The notes: generated by a model not told the origin, from the letters alone. Positions 53,288 to 62,985 are shown, counted from the first letter of the stretch. The stretch: 64,000 bases of DNA from an uncultured delta proteobacterium (GCA_963815115.1 CAWFFN010000009.1:1536001-1600000), one strand, 5' to 3'. A program made the numbers and translations.

Positions 53288-54499
53288 ATGCAGAGAGACG
53301 ATCCGGGCAGCGCTGCAGGCTCCCGGATCTCCGGTTTCGGTCAGCTGGCTCGCGCGGATCGGCTGGCGCGGCTCACGGAGCAGGCGGCACTGGGGGCCGG
53401 CGAGGCGCGGGACCTGGCCGCCGGCGAGCCCCTCTCCTTCGAGGCCGCCGATCACGTCATCGAGAACGCGATCGGGGTGCTCGGCCTGCCGCTCGGGGTT
53501 GCGCTCAACTTCCGCATCAACGGCCGCGATCGCCTGGTGCCGATGGCGATCGAGGAGCCGTCCGTGGTGGCGGCGGCCAGCAGCGCGGCGCGCCTGGTGC
53601 GATCGGCCGGAGGATTCCTCGCCGACGCCGACCAGGCGATCATGATCGGCCAGATCCACGTCCTGCGCGTGCCCGACGTCGCCGGCGCCAGGGCACGCCT
53701 CGAGGCGGCCGCGCCGCGGCTCCTGGCTGCGGCGGACGCCGTTCATCCCGGGATGGCGCGTCGGGGGGCCGGCGCGCGCGCGATCGAGGTACGCGAGCTG
53801 GCCACCACGCCATGCGGCCCGGTCCTGGTCCTGCATCTCGCGGTCGACGTGGGCGACGCCATGGGCGCCAACGTCGTGAACACGATGGTCGAGGCGCTGG
53901 CTCCCGAGGTCGCATCGCTGACCGGCGGCGAGGTCCGGCTCTGCATCCTCTCGAATCTCGCCGATCGGCGGCTCGCGCGCGCGACGGCGCGGATCCCGTG
54001 GAGCCTGCTCGACAGGGCGACCTACGGTGGACGGCAGGTGGCGGAGCGGATCGTCGAGGCGTGGGCGCTCGCGGCGGCGGATCCGTATCGCGCGGCGACG
54101 CACAACAAGGGGGTCATGAACGGGATCGACGCCGTCGCGCTGGCCACCGGCAACGACTGGCGCGGCATCGAAGCCGGTGCGCATGCCTGGGCCGCGTGCC
54201 GTGGCGGCTACGGGCCGCTCACGATCTGGTCGCTCGACGGCGAGACCCTCTGCGGCGCCATCGAGCTGCCGCTCGCGGTCGCCATCGTGGGCGGGCACCT
54301 CGACCTGAACCCGCGCGCCCGGCTGTCGCTCAAGCTCATGGGCGCCGAGTCGGCGCGTGACCTCGCGGCCGTGATGGCCGCGGTGGGCCTCGCCCAGAAC
54401 TTCGCCGCGCTGCGAGCCCTCGTCACCGACGGCATCCAGCGCGGCCACATGGCGCTGCACGCGCGCGGGCTTGCCCTGCGCCAGCGAAAGGGCGCTTGA
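53288..54499 (+). CDS. mvaA: HMG-CoA reductase, class II
   Basis: IENAIG, EEPSVVAAAS, DAMGAN, THNKG, GNDWR, GIQRGHM. Start 53288 is tentative (ORF open from 53207). Confidence 0.95.
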   Translation: MQRDDPGSAAGSRISGFGQLARADRLARLTEQAALGAGEARDLAAGEPLSFEAADHVIENAIGVLGLPLGVALNFRINGRDRLVPMAIEEPSVVAAASSAARLVRSAGGFLADADQAIMIGQIHVLRVPDVAGARARLEAAAPRLLAAADAVHPGMARRGAGARAIEVRELATTPCGPVLVLHLAVDVGDAMGANVVNTMVEALAPEVASLTGGEVRLCILSNLADRRLARATARIPWSLLDRATYGGRQVAERIVEAWALAAADPYRAATHNKGVMNGIDAVALATGNDWRGIEAGAHAWAACRGGYGPLTIWSLDGETLCGAIELPLAVAIVGGHLDLNPRARLSLKLMGAESARDLAAVMAAVGLAQNFAALRALVTDGIQRGHMALHARGLALRQRKGA

Positions 54500-56427
54500 T
54501 GCTGCAGGCCACTCCGGCAGCCGCTCCGTCCCTCGCGCGACGGCTCGACGACGCCATCGCCCGGGCCCAGACGCGACTGCTCGGGATGCAGCATCCGGAC
54601 GGCTACTGGCATGCGCCCCTCGAGGCGAACGTGGGGATGGACGCGCAGTACGTGATCTTCAACCGCTTCGTCGGCCGGCGGCGCCAGGAAACCGAGCAGC
54701 GGCTGGTGGCGCGCATGCAGGCGCTCCAGTCGGCGGACGGGAGCTGGCCGCTGTTCGCGGGCGGTCCCGGCCATCTCAGCACCACGATCGAGGCCTACTT
54801 CGCGATGAAGCTCGCCGGGCTGACGGCCGAGCATCCCGTGCTGCGCCGGGCGCGCGAGTTCATCCGCGCTCACGGCGGTCTCGAGCGCGCCGGCGTCTTC
54901 ACGCGATGCTTCCTGGCGTACTTCGGCCAGTTCCCCTGGTGGGGCCTGCCCGCGATGCCGGTCGAGCTGGTGCTTCTCCCGCCCTGGTTCCCGCTCAACA
55001 TCTACGCCATGTCGAGCTGGGCCCGGGAGACCGTGGTGCCGCTCACCGTGCTGATGGCGAAGCGGCCCCGGGTTGCCATCCCTCCCGAGTGTGGCGTCGA
55101 GGAGCTGTGGCTCGCGCCGCCGACGAGGCAGAGCGTGGGCTTTCCGCCCAGCCGCGAATGGCTCTCGATCCGCAACGGCTTCCTGGCGCTCGACTGGGTC
55201 CTGCAGCGGATCGGCCGCAGCCCGTGGAAGCCTTGGCGAGCGCGCGCGCTCGAGAGGGCGCAGGCGTGGATCCTCGAACGCCAGGACCGCAACGGCGGCT
55301 GGGGCGGCATCCAGCCTCCCATGCTCAACTGCGTGATGGCGCTGCACGCGCTCGGGTTCGCCGCCGATCATCCGGCGGTGGTGAACGGCATCCAGGCGAT
55401 CGAGGACTTCCTCGTCGAGCACGACGGCCAGCTCTTCTTCCAGCCGTGCGTGTCGCCGACCTGGGACACGGCGCTCGCCCTGAAGGCGCTCCTCGATTCG
55501 GGATTGCCCGCGCAGCACGAGGCCGCGGTGGGCGCGGCGGAGTGGCTCATCGAGAACCAGGTGTTCCGCCCGGGCGACTGGAGCGTGCTCAACCCGGACC
55601 TCGAGCCGGGCGGCTGGGCGTTCGAGTTCGCCAACGACTGGTATCCCGACACCGACGACACGGCGGTGATCTTGATGGTGCTGCGGCGGATCGCCGTCCA
55701 GGACGCGGCGGCGCGGCAGCGCGCGATCGCGTTCGGCACCAACTGGGTTCTCGGCATGCAGAGCAGGAACGGCGGCTGGGGCGCCTTCGACACCAACAAC
55801 ACCGCGGCGTTCCTGAACGAGATCCCGTTCGCCGACATGCGGGCGATGATCGACCCGCCGACCGAGGACCTGACCGGCCGCCTGCTCGAGCTCATGGGCG
55901 AGAGCGGCTTCGATCTCACCTACACCCGCGCCCGGCGCGCGCGTGCCTTCCTCGTCGCGACGCAGCGCGCGGACGGCGCCTGGTGGGGACGGTGGGGCGG
56001 CAACTTCGTGTACGGCACGTGGTCGGCGCTCGCGGGCCTGCGCGCCATCGGCGAGGACATCGATGCGCCGTACGTGCGTCGCGCGGCCTCCTGGCTGGAG
56101 TCGCACCAGAACTCCGACGGCGGCTGGGGCGAGACGCTCGCGTCCTACGACGACGAGTCGCTCGCCGGCCGCGGCGAGTCGACGCCCTCGCAGACGGCGT
56201 GGGCGCTTCTCGGGCTCCTCGCCGCGACGCGGGACGTCGGGGAGGCGGTCGGGCGCGGCGTCGAGCACCTGCTCGCCACGCAGCGCGCGGATGGCGGCTG
56301 GGACGAGGATCCGTTCACCGGCACCGGATTCCCGGGGCACTTCTATCTGCGGTACTGGATGTACCGGGACTACTTCCCGCTGATGGCCCTGGGCCAGTGC
56401 CGCGCGCGACTGGAGGAGGGACGATGA
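54499..56427 (+). CDS. shc: Squalene-hopene cyclase
   Basis: QW repeats (QHPDGYW, QSADGSW, QNSDGGWGE), SPTWDT, catalytic YPDTDDTA. Confidence 0.97.
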   Translation: MLQATPAAAPSLARRLDDAIARAQTRLLGMQHPDGYWHAPLEANVGMDAQYVIFNRFVGRRRQETEQRLVARMQALQSADGSWPLFAGGPGHLSTTIEAYFAMKLAGLTAEHPVLRRAREFIRAHGGLERAGVFTRCFLAYFGQFPWWGLPAMPVELVLLPPWFPLNIYAMSSWARETVVPLTVLMAKRPRVAIPPECGVEELWLAPPTRQSVGFPPSREWLSIRNGFLALDWVLQRIGRSPWKPWRARALERAQAWILERQDRNGGWGGIQPPMLNCVMALHALGFAADHPAVVNGIQAIEDFLVEHDGQLFFQPCVSPTWDTALALKALLDSGLPAQHEAAVGAAEWLIENQVFRPGDWSVLNPDLEPGGWAFEFANDWYPDTDDTAVILMVLRRIAVQDAAARQRAIAFGTNWVLGMQSRNGGWGAFDTNNTAAFLNEIPFADMRAMIDPPTEDLTGRLLELMGESGFDLTYTRARRARAFLVATQRADGAWWGRWGGNFVYGTWSALAGLRAIGEDIDAPYVRRAASWLESHQNSDGGWGETLASYDDESLAGRGESTPSQTAWALLGLLAATRDVGEAVGRGVEHLLATQRADGGWDEDPFTGTGFPGHFYLRYWMYRDYFPLMALGQCRARLEEGR

Positions 56428-57650
56428 GCGGCATCGACGTGGGGATCGACCAGATCGGCGTGTACCTGCCCCGGTACGTGCTTCCCCTCGACCGGCTCGC
56501 CGAGGCGCGCAAGGTACCGGTCGAGAAGATCCTCCTCGGCCTCGGCGCCCAGGCGATGGCGGTTGCGCCGCCGTGGGAGGATGCGGTCACCCTCGCGGCC
56601 AACGCCGCTGCGCGGGTGCTGCGCCAGGGCGAGATTCGCACCGACGAGATCGGTCTGCTCGTGGTGGCGACCGAGACCGCCGTCGACCATGCCAAGCCCG
56701 CCAGCATCTTCCTGCACGAGCTGCTCGGGCTGCCGGCGAGCTGCCGGACGTTCGAGATCAAGCATGCCTGCTACGGTGGCACGGCCGGCGTCATGCTCGC
56801 CGCCGACTGGGTGCGTGGGGGCGCCGCGCGCGGACGCAAGGCGCTGGTCGTCGCCACCGACATCGCCCGCTACGACATCGGATCGAGCGCGGAGTTCACG
56901 CAGGGAGCGGGCGCGGCGGCCGTGGTGGTCAGCGCGGCGCCGCGGCTGCTGCGCCTCGGGCCCGTCACCGGTGTCTTCGCGCGCAACGTGTACGACTTCT
57001 GGCGGCCCCTCGAGCGCCGCGAGGCGCTGGTGGACGGGAAGTTCTCTCTCCAGTGCTACCTCGACGCGCTCACCGGCGCCGTGGCCGACTACCGCTCGTC
57101 GCTCAACGGGCAGGGCAGCCGCTCGCTCCTCGAGCGCTTCGCGGCCTTTCTCTATCACACGCCGTTCCCCAAGATGGCTCACAAGGCGCACCGCCGGCTG
57201 GTCGAGCTGGAGGCGCAGGGGCTCGGCGAGACGGCGATGAACGAGCGCTTCGAGCGCAGCTGGACGACGCAGGGCGAGCCCGCGCTCGGCCTGGCCCGCG
57301 AGAGCGGCAACACCTACACCGCCTCGCTCTACCTGGCGCTCGCGTGGCTCCTCGAGCGCGAGGGGGCCACCCTCGAGGACCGGGAGCTGGCGCTGTTCTC
57401 CTACGGCTCGGGGTGCTGCGCCGAGTTCTTCACCGCCCGTCCCGTGCCCGGCAGCGCGGCGCGCGCGGCCCGCATCGGCGCGCAGGCGATGCTGCAGGCA
57501 CGCCGGGAGCTCACCGTGGCAGAGTACGAGGAGTTCGCGCGTGCCGCGGCCGGCGCGGCGCTGCCGCCCGAGGGCGGCGCCGGGTTCTGCCACCTCGCCG
57601 GCATCGAGGAGCACCGGCGGCGCTACCAGCGTGCGGGGCAGGCGCTGTGA
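56424..57650 (+). CDS. mvaS: HMG-CoA synthase
   Basis: ATGA overlap with shc; VATETAVD, EIKHACYGGTA, TQGAGA, YDFWRP, HTPFPK, GNTYTASLY, SYGSG. Confidence 0.95.
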   Translation: MSGIDVGIDQIGVYLPRYVLPLDRLAEARKVPVEKILLGLGAQAMAVAPPWEDAVTLAANAAARVLRQGEIRTDEIGLLVVATETAVDHAKPASIFLHELLGLPASCRTFEIKHACYGGTAGVMLAADWVRGGAARGRKALVVATDIARYDIGSSAEFTQGAGAAAVVVSAAPRLLRLGPVTGVFARNVYDFWRPLERREALVDGKFSLQCYLDALTGAVADYRSSLNGQGSRSLLERFAAFLYHTPFPKMAHKAHRRLVELEAQGLGETAMNERFERSWTTQGEPALGLARESGNTYTASLYLALAWLLEREGATLEDRELALFSYGSGCCAEFFTARPVPGSAARAARIGAQAMLQARRELTVAEYEEFARAAAGAALPPEGGAGFCHLAGIEEHRRRYQRAGQAL

Positions 57651-58507
57651 CCGAACCCACCATCGGCGAGGCCTACGCCTACTGCCGTGCGGTCACGCGC
57701 CGCAGCGGCAGCAGCTTCGCCCAGGCCTTCCGGCTGCTCGGACCGGAGCGGCGCGGGGCGCTCGATGCCGTGTACGCGTTCTGCCGCTTCGTCGACGACG
57801 TCGCCGACGACGCGACCCGGCGCGATCCCGCGCGCCTGCTGGGGCGCTGGCGGGGCGAGCTCGAGCGCGTCTACACCGGCGCGCCGGAGCATCCCATCGG
57901 CGTGGCGCTGGCCGACGCCGTGCGCCGCTTCGACCTCCCGCGGCGGCACTTCGCCGACCTGATCCGCGGCGTCGAGATGGATCTGGAGCGCCGCCGCTAC
58001 CAGACCTTCGACCAGCTCCACGAGTACTGCTACCTGGTCGCGTCGACGGTCGGACTGCTCTGCATCGAGATCTTCGGCCACCGTCACGCCGCGGCGTTCG
58101 ACTACGCGAAGGACCTGGGCGTCGCCTTCCAGCTCACCAACATCCTGCGCGACGTGCACGAGGACGCCGAGCGCGGCCGGCTCTACCTGCCGCTCGAGGA
58201 CCTCGCCCGCTTCGACTGCGCGGAGGACGAGCTGCTCGCGGGCCGCTACTCGCCGCGCGTCGCCGCGCTCATGGCGTTCGAGTGCGGCCGGGCGCGCGCC
58301 TACTATCTGCGCGCGCGCGGCTCGCTGGTGCCCGAGGATCGCCGTGCGCTGGCACCGGCGGAGGCGATGCGGCTCATCTACGAGCGCCTCCTGTCGCGCA
58401 TCGAGTCGCGGCGCTTCGACGTCTTCCACGAGCGCATCGCGCTGCCGGGGTACGAGAAGGTCGGCCTCGCGCTCGCCGCGTGGGGGCGGGCACAGCTTCC
58501 GGCCTGA
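57647..58507 (+). CDS. hpnD: Presqualene diphosphate synthase (squalene/phytoene synthase family)
   Basis: GTGA overlap; YAFCRFVDDVAD, YCYLVASTVG, FQLTNILRDV.ED..RGRLYLP; followed by hpnE. Confidence 0.85.
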   Translation: MTEPTIGEAYAYCRAVTRRSGSSFAQAFRLLGPERRGALDAVYAFCRFVDDVADDATRRDPARLLGRWRGELERVYTGAPEHPIGVALADAVRRFDLPRRHFADLIRGVEMDLERRRYQTFDQLHEYCYLVASTVGLLCIEIFGHRHAAAFDYAKDLGVAFQLTNILRDVHEDAERGRLYLPLEDLARFDCAEDELLAGRYSPRVAALMAFECGRARAYYLRARGSLVPEDRRALAPAEAMRLIYERLLSRIESRRFDVFHERIALPGYEKVGLALAAWGRAQLPA

Positions 58508-58508
58508 C

Positions 58509-59891
58509 ATGGCCGACGTCGTCGTGATCGGTGGCGGGTTCGCCGGGCTGTCCGCGGCGGTGGCGCTGGCGGACCGGGGGGTGCGCGTCACGGTCCTCGA
58601 GGCGCGGCCGCGCCTCGGCGGGCGGGCCTCCTCGTTCCGCGACGCGACCAGCGGGTCGGTGGTCGACAACGGCCAGCACGCGATGATGGGCTGCTACACC
58701 CGCACGCTCGCGTTCCTCGACCGCATCGGAGCGGCGGACAAGGTCCAGCGCCAGGCGAACCTGCACGTCGAGCTCGTCCATCCCCGTCTGGGCGCGGGCG
58801 CGATCGCCTGCCCGGCGTGGCCCAGCCCGCTGCATCTCGTGGGCGGTCTCCTGCGCTACCGCCTGCTGTCGCGTCGCGAGCGCTTCGGGGCGTTGCACGC
58901 AGGGCTCGAGTTGATGGCGATGCGACGGCGGAACGATCCGCGGCTCGCCAGCGCGACCGTCGGCGAGGTCCTCGCCGATCTCGGCCAGTCGGCCCACGCG
59001 TGTACCAGCTTCTGGAACCCGGTGGCGCTGGCGACGCTCAACGAGACGCCCGAGCGGGCGGCCGCCGGGCCGTTCGTCGAGGTCCTCGCGCGGGCCTTCT
59101 TCCGGTCGCGGGCCGACTCGCAGTTCGTGCTGCCGCGGGTGGGCCTGGGCGACCTGTACACGGACGACGCCCGGCGCTTCGTCGAGCGGCGTGGCGGGCG
59201 GGTGTGGATTCACGCGCCGGCGGCGTCGGTCGAGGTCGGCGACGGAGCGGTGCGCGCCGTCGCGCTGCGCGACGGCCGCCGGCTCGCCGCGGACGGGTGC
59301 ATTGCCGCCGTGCCGCCGCCGGCGCTCGAGCCCCTGCTGCCGCCCGCACTCCGGGCCCGGGCGCCGTTCACCACGCTCGGGCGGCTCGAGGCGTCGCCGA
59401 TCGTGAGCACGCACCTGTGGTTCGACCGGCCCGTGCTGCGCGGGGACTTCGTCGGGCTCCTCGGCACGACCACCCACTGGGCCTTCAACCGGAGCCGGCT
59501 GCTCGGCGAGTCGGGTGACGGCCAGTGTGTCAGCGCGGTCATCAGCGCAGGGCGTTCGGTGGTCGGCTGGGACAGCGAGCGCATCACCGGCGCCGTGCTG
59601 GCCGACCTGCACGCGCTGCTGCCGACGGCGCGGGCCGCGGTGCTGCGCCATGCGGTGGTGGTGAAGGAGAAGCAGGCGACCGTGGCGCCCACCCCGGAGG
59701 CCGAGCGCCTCCGGCCACCCGCCGTGACCGACCTCGCCGGCCTGGTGCTCGCCGGCGACTGGACGGCCACCGGGCTGCCCCCGACGATCGAGAGCGCCGT
59801 GGAGAGCGGGGACCGGGCGGCCGCACTGCTGGCCGAACGTCTCGGCGCGACCCCAGACTCCGTCTCGGGTCGGAACGGAAAGGGAGAATGA
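58509..59891 (+). CDS. hpnE: Hydroxysqualene dehydroxylase (FAD-dependent)
   Basis: IGGGFAGLSAA, LGGRASSF, DNGQH, EKQAT, LAGDWTATGLPPTIESAVESG. Confidence 0.92.
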   Translation: MADVVVIGGGFAGLSAAVALADRGVRVTVLEARPRLGGRASSFRDATSGSVVDNGQHAMMGCYTRTLAFLDRIGAADKVQRQANLHVELVHPRLGAGAIACPAWPSPLHLVGGLLRYRLLSRRERFGALHAGLELMAMRRRNDPRLASATVGEVLADLGQSAHACTSFWNPVALATLNETPERAAAGPFVEVLARAFFRSRADSQFVLPRVGLGDLYTDDARRFVERRGGRVWIHAPAASVEVGDGAVRAVALRDGRRLAADGCIAAVPPPALEPLLPPALRARAPFTTLGRLEASPIVSTHLWFDRPVLRGDFVGLLGTTTHWAFNRSRLLGESGDGQCVSAVISAGRSVVGWDSERITGAVLADLHALLPTARAAVLRHAVVVKEKQATVAPTPEAERLRPPAVTDLAGLVLAGDWTATGLPPTIESAVESGDRAAALLAERLGATPDSVSGRNGKGE

Positions 59892-59977
59892 CACTCGATG
59901 AAGAGTGCGGGCGTCGTGCCGCGGCCGGCGAAGCCGGCGCGGCAGCCGTCCCGGACGCCACACGCTCGCTCTTCTAG
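59888..59977 (+). CDS. Possible 29-aa small ORF
   Basis: AGGGAG RBS and ATGA overlap with the hpnE stop; MTLDEECGRRAAAGEAGAAAVPDATRSLF*; ends just before the hpnH RBS. Confidence 0.3.
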   Translation: MTLDEECGRRAAAGEAGAAAVPDATRSLF

Positions 59978-59992
59978 CGGAGGTCGAAGCGC

Positions 59993-60991
59993 ATGAGGTT
60001 TCCCGTCCACATCGCCACCGACATGATCGCGTGGCAGCTGCGGAACTGGTGGCGCGGCAACGCGCGCTATCCGTCCGTGCTGATGCTCGAGCCGCTCCAC
60101 ACCTGCAACCTCGCCTGCCTCGGCTGCTCGCCGGAGCGCTACAGCGGCGACCTGAAGGATCGCCTCTCGCTCGCCCAGTGCCTGGAGGCGGTGGACGAGG
60201 CGGGCACCCCGGTGGTGTCGATCTGCGGCGGCGAGCCGACCATCTATCCCGAGCTGCCCGAGCTGATCGACGCCATCGTGGCCCGCAAGCGCCACATCTA
60301 CCTGTGCACCAACGGGCTCCTGCTCGAGCGCTTCTACAAGCGTGGCCATCCCCACAAGCGGCTCTCCATCAACGTGCACCTCGACGGCATGCGCGCGACG
60401 CACGACCTGATCACCGACCGGGCCGGCACCTTCGACCGCGCGATCGAGATGATCAAGGAGGGCAAGCGGCGCGGCTACGCCGTGTGCACCAACACGACGA
60501 TCTTCCGTGAGACCTCGATGGACGAGATCGAGGAGATGTGCGAGCTGCTCACCGGGCTCGGCGTCGACGGCATGCTGATCTCGCCCGGCTACCACTACGC
60601 GGCCATCGCGGAGGATCGCTTCCTCCATCGCGACGAGACCCATCGCCAGTTCCAGCGCGTGCTCGCGCTGTCCAAGCGCTATCCCATCTCCTCGACGCCG
60701 CTCTTCCTCCAGTTCGCGGCCGGGCAGCGCGACTACCCGTGCACGCCGTGGGGGACCCCGACCCGCACCCCGAAGGGCTGGAAGGGGCCCTGCTACCTCA
60801 TCGAGGGCAAGTACTACGGGAGCTGGAAGGACTTCTGGGGCGGCGTCGACTGGGACTACTGGGAGTCGCGCCAGGACCCGCGCTGCCAGAACTGCTTCAT
60901 GCACTCCGGCTTCGAGCCGTCGGTCGTCCGCAAGCTCGGCGAGAGCCCGCGCGACGTGTGGACGATGGCGCGCTGGAACCTGGGCGCGTGA
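59993..60991 (+). CDS. hpnH: Adenosyl-hopene transferase (radical SAM)
   Basis: VLMLEPLHTCNLACLGC, VVSICGGEP, LCTNG, CTPWG, DPRCQNCFMHSGFE; hopanoid operon context. Confidence 0.9.
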   Translation: MRFPVHIATDMIAWQLRNWWRGNARYPSVLMLEPLHTCNLACLGCSPERYSGDLKDRLSLAQCLEAVDEAGTPVVSICGGEPTIYPELPELIDAIVARKRHIYLCTNGLLLERFYKRGHPHKRLSINVHLDGMRATHDLITDRAGTFDRAIEMIKEGKRRGYAVCTNTTIFRETSMDEIEEMCELLTGLGVDGMLISPGYHYAAIAEDRFLHRDETHRQFQRVLALSKRYPISSTPLFLQFAAGQRDYPCTPWGTPTRTPKGWKGPCYLIEGKYYGSWKDFWGGVDWDYWESRQDPRCQNCFMHSGFEPSVVRKLGESPRDVWTMARWNLGA

Positions 60992-61066
60992 TCAGGGGCG
61001 GCGCGCGTCCGCGCCGAGCCGGCGTGCGGCCCGACTGCCGGTTGCCGGAGGCGTCGCCTTCGCCCC

Positions 61067-61705
61067 TCAGCTCTTGAATTCCTGACCCGCTGCGGTCTTC
61101 TCCTTCAGCAGCTGCAGGAGCTTCTCCGGTCCCCCGCTGGCGACGATGTCCTGGAACTGGGAGCGGAAGTTGGCCACCATGCTGACCTGCTCGATGATGA
61201 AGTCGATCACCTTCCACTGCCCGTTGGTCTGACGGAGCCGGTAGTCGACTTCGATGTCGTTCGACCCGCCGCCGCGGAGTATCCTGCTCTGCACGGTCCA
61301 GTCGCCGTTCGGCTCCCGACGGTCGCCGACGATCGCGACCTTCTCGTTGCGGTAGTCGTCCAGCCGCCGGCCGTAGGTGGCCGCGAGGTGGTCCTGGAAC
61401 CTCTGCAAGAACTCCTGCTGCTGGGCGGGCGAGAATCGGCTCCAGTTGCGTGCCAGCACGAGACGGCTGAGGGTCTCGAAGTCGACGCTGCGGAGCACGA
61501 TGGCCCGCACCTTGTCCCGCCGCGCCTCCTTGCTGAGGTCCTTCTCGGCGAGCACGGCGAGCACCTGATCGGACGTGCCCTGCACCACCTCGCGCGGGGG
61601 CGGCTCGGCCGCGCCGGGGTGGGCCAGCCCCGCGAGGAGGAGCGCGCAGGCGAGCGCCAACCCCCGGCGGAGCTCACGGTACCGTGTAGAGTTCTTCATT
61701 CTCAT
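61067..61705 (-). CDS. mlaC: MlaC/Ttg2D (HpnM-like) periplasmic lipid-binding protein
   Basis: Signal peptide; VDFETLSRLVLARNW, VDYRL..WKVIDFIIEQVSMVANFRSQF. Confidence 0.88.
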   Translation of the reverse strand: MRMKNSTRYRELRRGLALACALLLAGLAHPGAAEPPPREVVQGTSDQVLAVLAEKDLSKEARRDKVRAIVLRSVDFETLSRLVLARNWSRFSPAQQQEFLQRFQDHLAATYGRRLDDYRNEKVAIVGDRREPNGDWTVQSRILRGGGSNDIEVDYRLRQTNGQWKVIDFIIEQVSMVANFRSQFQDIVASGGPEKLLQLLKEKTAAGQEFKS

Positions 61706-62489
61706 AGCTCGGGGTCTCCTCGGGAGTGAGCCGCTCCGTCCGGTCGTGCACCAGGGCGTCGCGTCGCTGCAGGTATGCGTTGCGCACGAACGTGTAGTAG
61801 TCGAGCGAGGCGGCCTTGGCCTCTTCCACGGCTTTCAGGAACTGCGCCCGGGCGTTGATCACGTCGACGACGCGGGCGCCGACCAGGATCCAGCCGTCGA
61901 TGAAGAACGGCGTGATCGCGGCCGCCGAGTCGACGGCGAGCGCAGGCGCGTCGCGCGCGCTCGAGGGCCCCAGCACCGGGAGCACGAGATACGGCCCCGG
62001 GGGCACGCCCCAGACGCCGAGCGTCTGGCCGAAGTCCTCCTCCTCGGGCTTGAGCCCGATCTCGCTTGCCGGGTCGAGGAAGCCGCCGGCGCCGAGCACC
62101 GTGTTGACGGTGAAGCGACCGACGGCCTTGGCGGCCGGGATGCCCTTTCCCTGCAGCAGGTTGTTCACCAGGTCGACGGGGAAGCGCAGGTTGCCGAAGA
62201 AGTTCGACAGGCTGTCCTGCACCGGCTGCGGCGCCACCGTGTGCCATCCGGTGGCGACGGGTGCGAGCACGTGGGTGTCGAGCCCGTCGTTGAACCAGAA
62301 AATCTTGCGATTGAACCCCATCCACGGGTCGTACTCCTGCGATCCCTGATTCACCGTCGACGGCTCCGCACCGCGCGCGGGAAGTGGAGACGTGGGCCGC
62401 GCAGGGGCCGCGGGCTCCTCGGCGCCGGCGAAGCGCGCGCTCAGAGCGGCCGCGATCAGCAGGGTTGCAAGCAACCGATGTCGACGCAT
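61674..62489 (-). CDS. mlaA: MlaA/VacJ family protein
   Basis: ATG 62489 after GGAGG; DPWMGFNR, EDFGQTLGVWG..GPYLVLPVLGPSSARD, YTFVRNAYLQRR. Confidence 0.92.
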   Translation of the reverse strand: MRRHRLLATLLIAAALSARFAGAEEPAAPARPTSPLPARGAEPSTVNQGSQEYDPWMGFNRKIFWFNDGLDTHVLAPVATGWHTVAPQPVQDSLSNFFGNLRFPVDLVNNLLQGKGIPAAKAVGRFTVNTVLGAGGFLDPASEIGLKPEEEDFGQTLGVWGVPPGPYLVLPVLGPSSARDAPALAVDSAAAITPFFIDGWILVGARVVDVINARAQFLKAVEEAKAASLDYYTFVRNAYLQRRDALVHDRTERLTPEETPSYENEELYTVP

Positions 62490-62503
62490 CGAACCTCCCA
62501 TCC

Positions 62504-62981
62504 TCATTGTTCGGACTTGTCCCCGTTGCCCCCGACGTCCGTGCTGTGCACGAGCTTGCCCAGCAGACGCTCGAGCAGGACGGCCGACTCGGTGAACGCG
62601 ATCGGGTCCCCGGACTTGAGCATGATCCTGCTCGCCGCCGAGCTGGAGCGAGATGTAGCGATCGCCGAGGAGCCCGGCCGTGACGATCGAGGCGGAGGTA
62701 TCCTTCGGCAGCCGCAGGCGAGGGTCGAGATCGAGCGTCACGTGGGCACGGTAGTCGTCACCGAGGCCGATCGAGCGCACCTGACCCACCTTCACCCCGG
62801 AGATCACCACCGGAGCTCGGGTCTTGAGCCCGCCGAGCTCGTCGAAGTCGGCGGTGAGCACGAAGCCGCCCGGCCCCTGCCGGGAAAGGCCGCCGACGGC
62901 CAGCGACAGGTAGGCGAGGGCAGCGAGCCCGAGGAGGACGAAGAGACCCACGAGCAGGTCACGGCCCGGCGATCGGCTCAC
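62504..62981 (-). CDS. mlaD: MlaD (MCE domain), with one apparent frameshift near 62625
   Basis: LLVGLFVLLG, GGLKTRAPVVISGVKVGQV, GLLGDRYISL; the tail LKSGDPIAFTESAVLLERLLGKL is in the adjacent frame and stops at 62504. Confidence 0.88.
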
Positions 62982-62985
62982 GCGT

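Noticed and set aside
61674-62981. Apparent 435-aa MlaD-MlaA fusion
   Set aside because: The MlaD tail is in the adjacent frame with its own stop at 62504, and mlaA has its own RBS and ATG; one indel creates the fusion.
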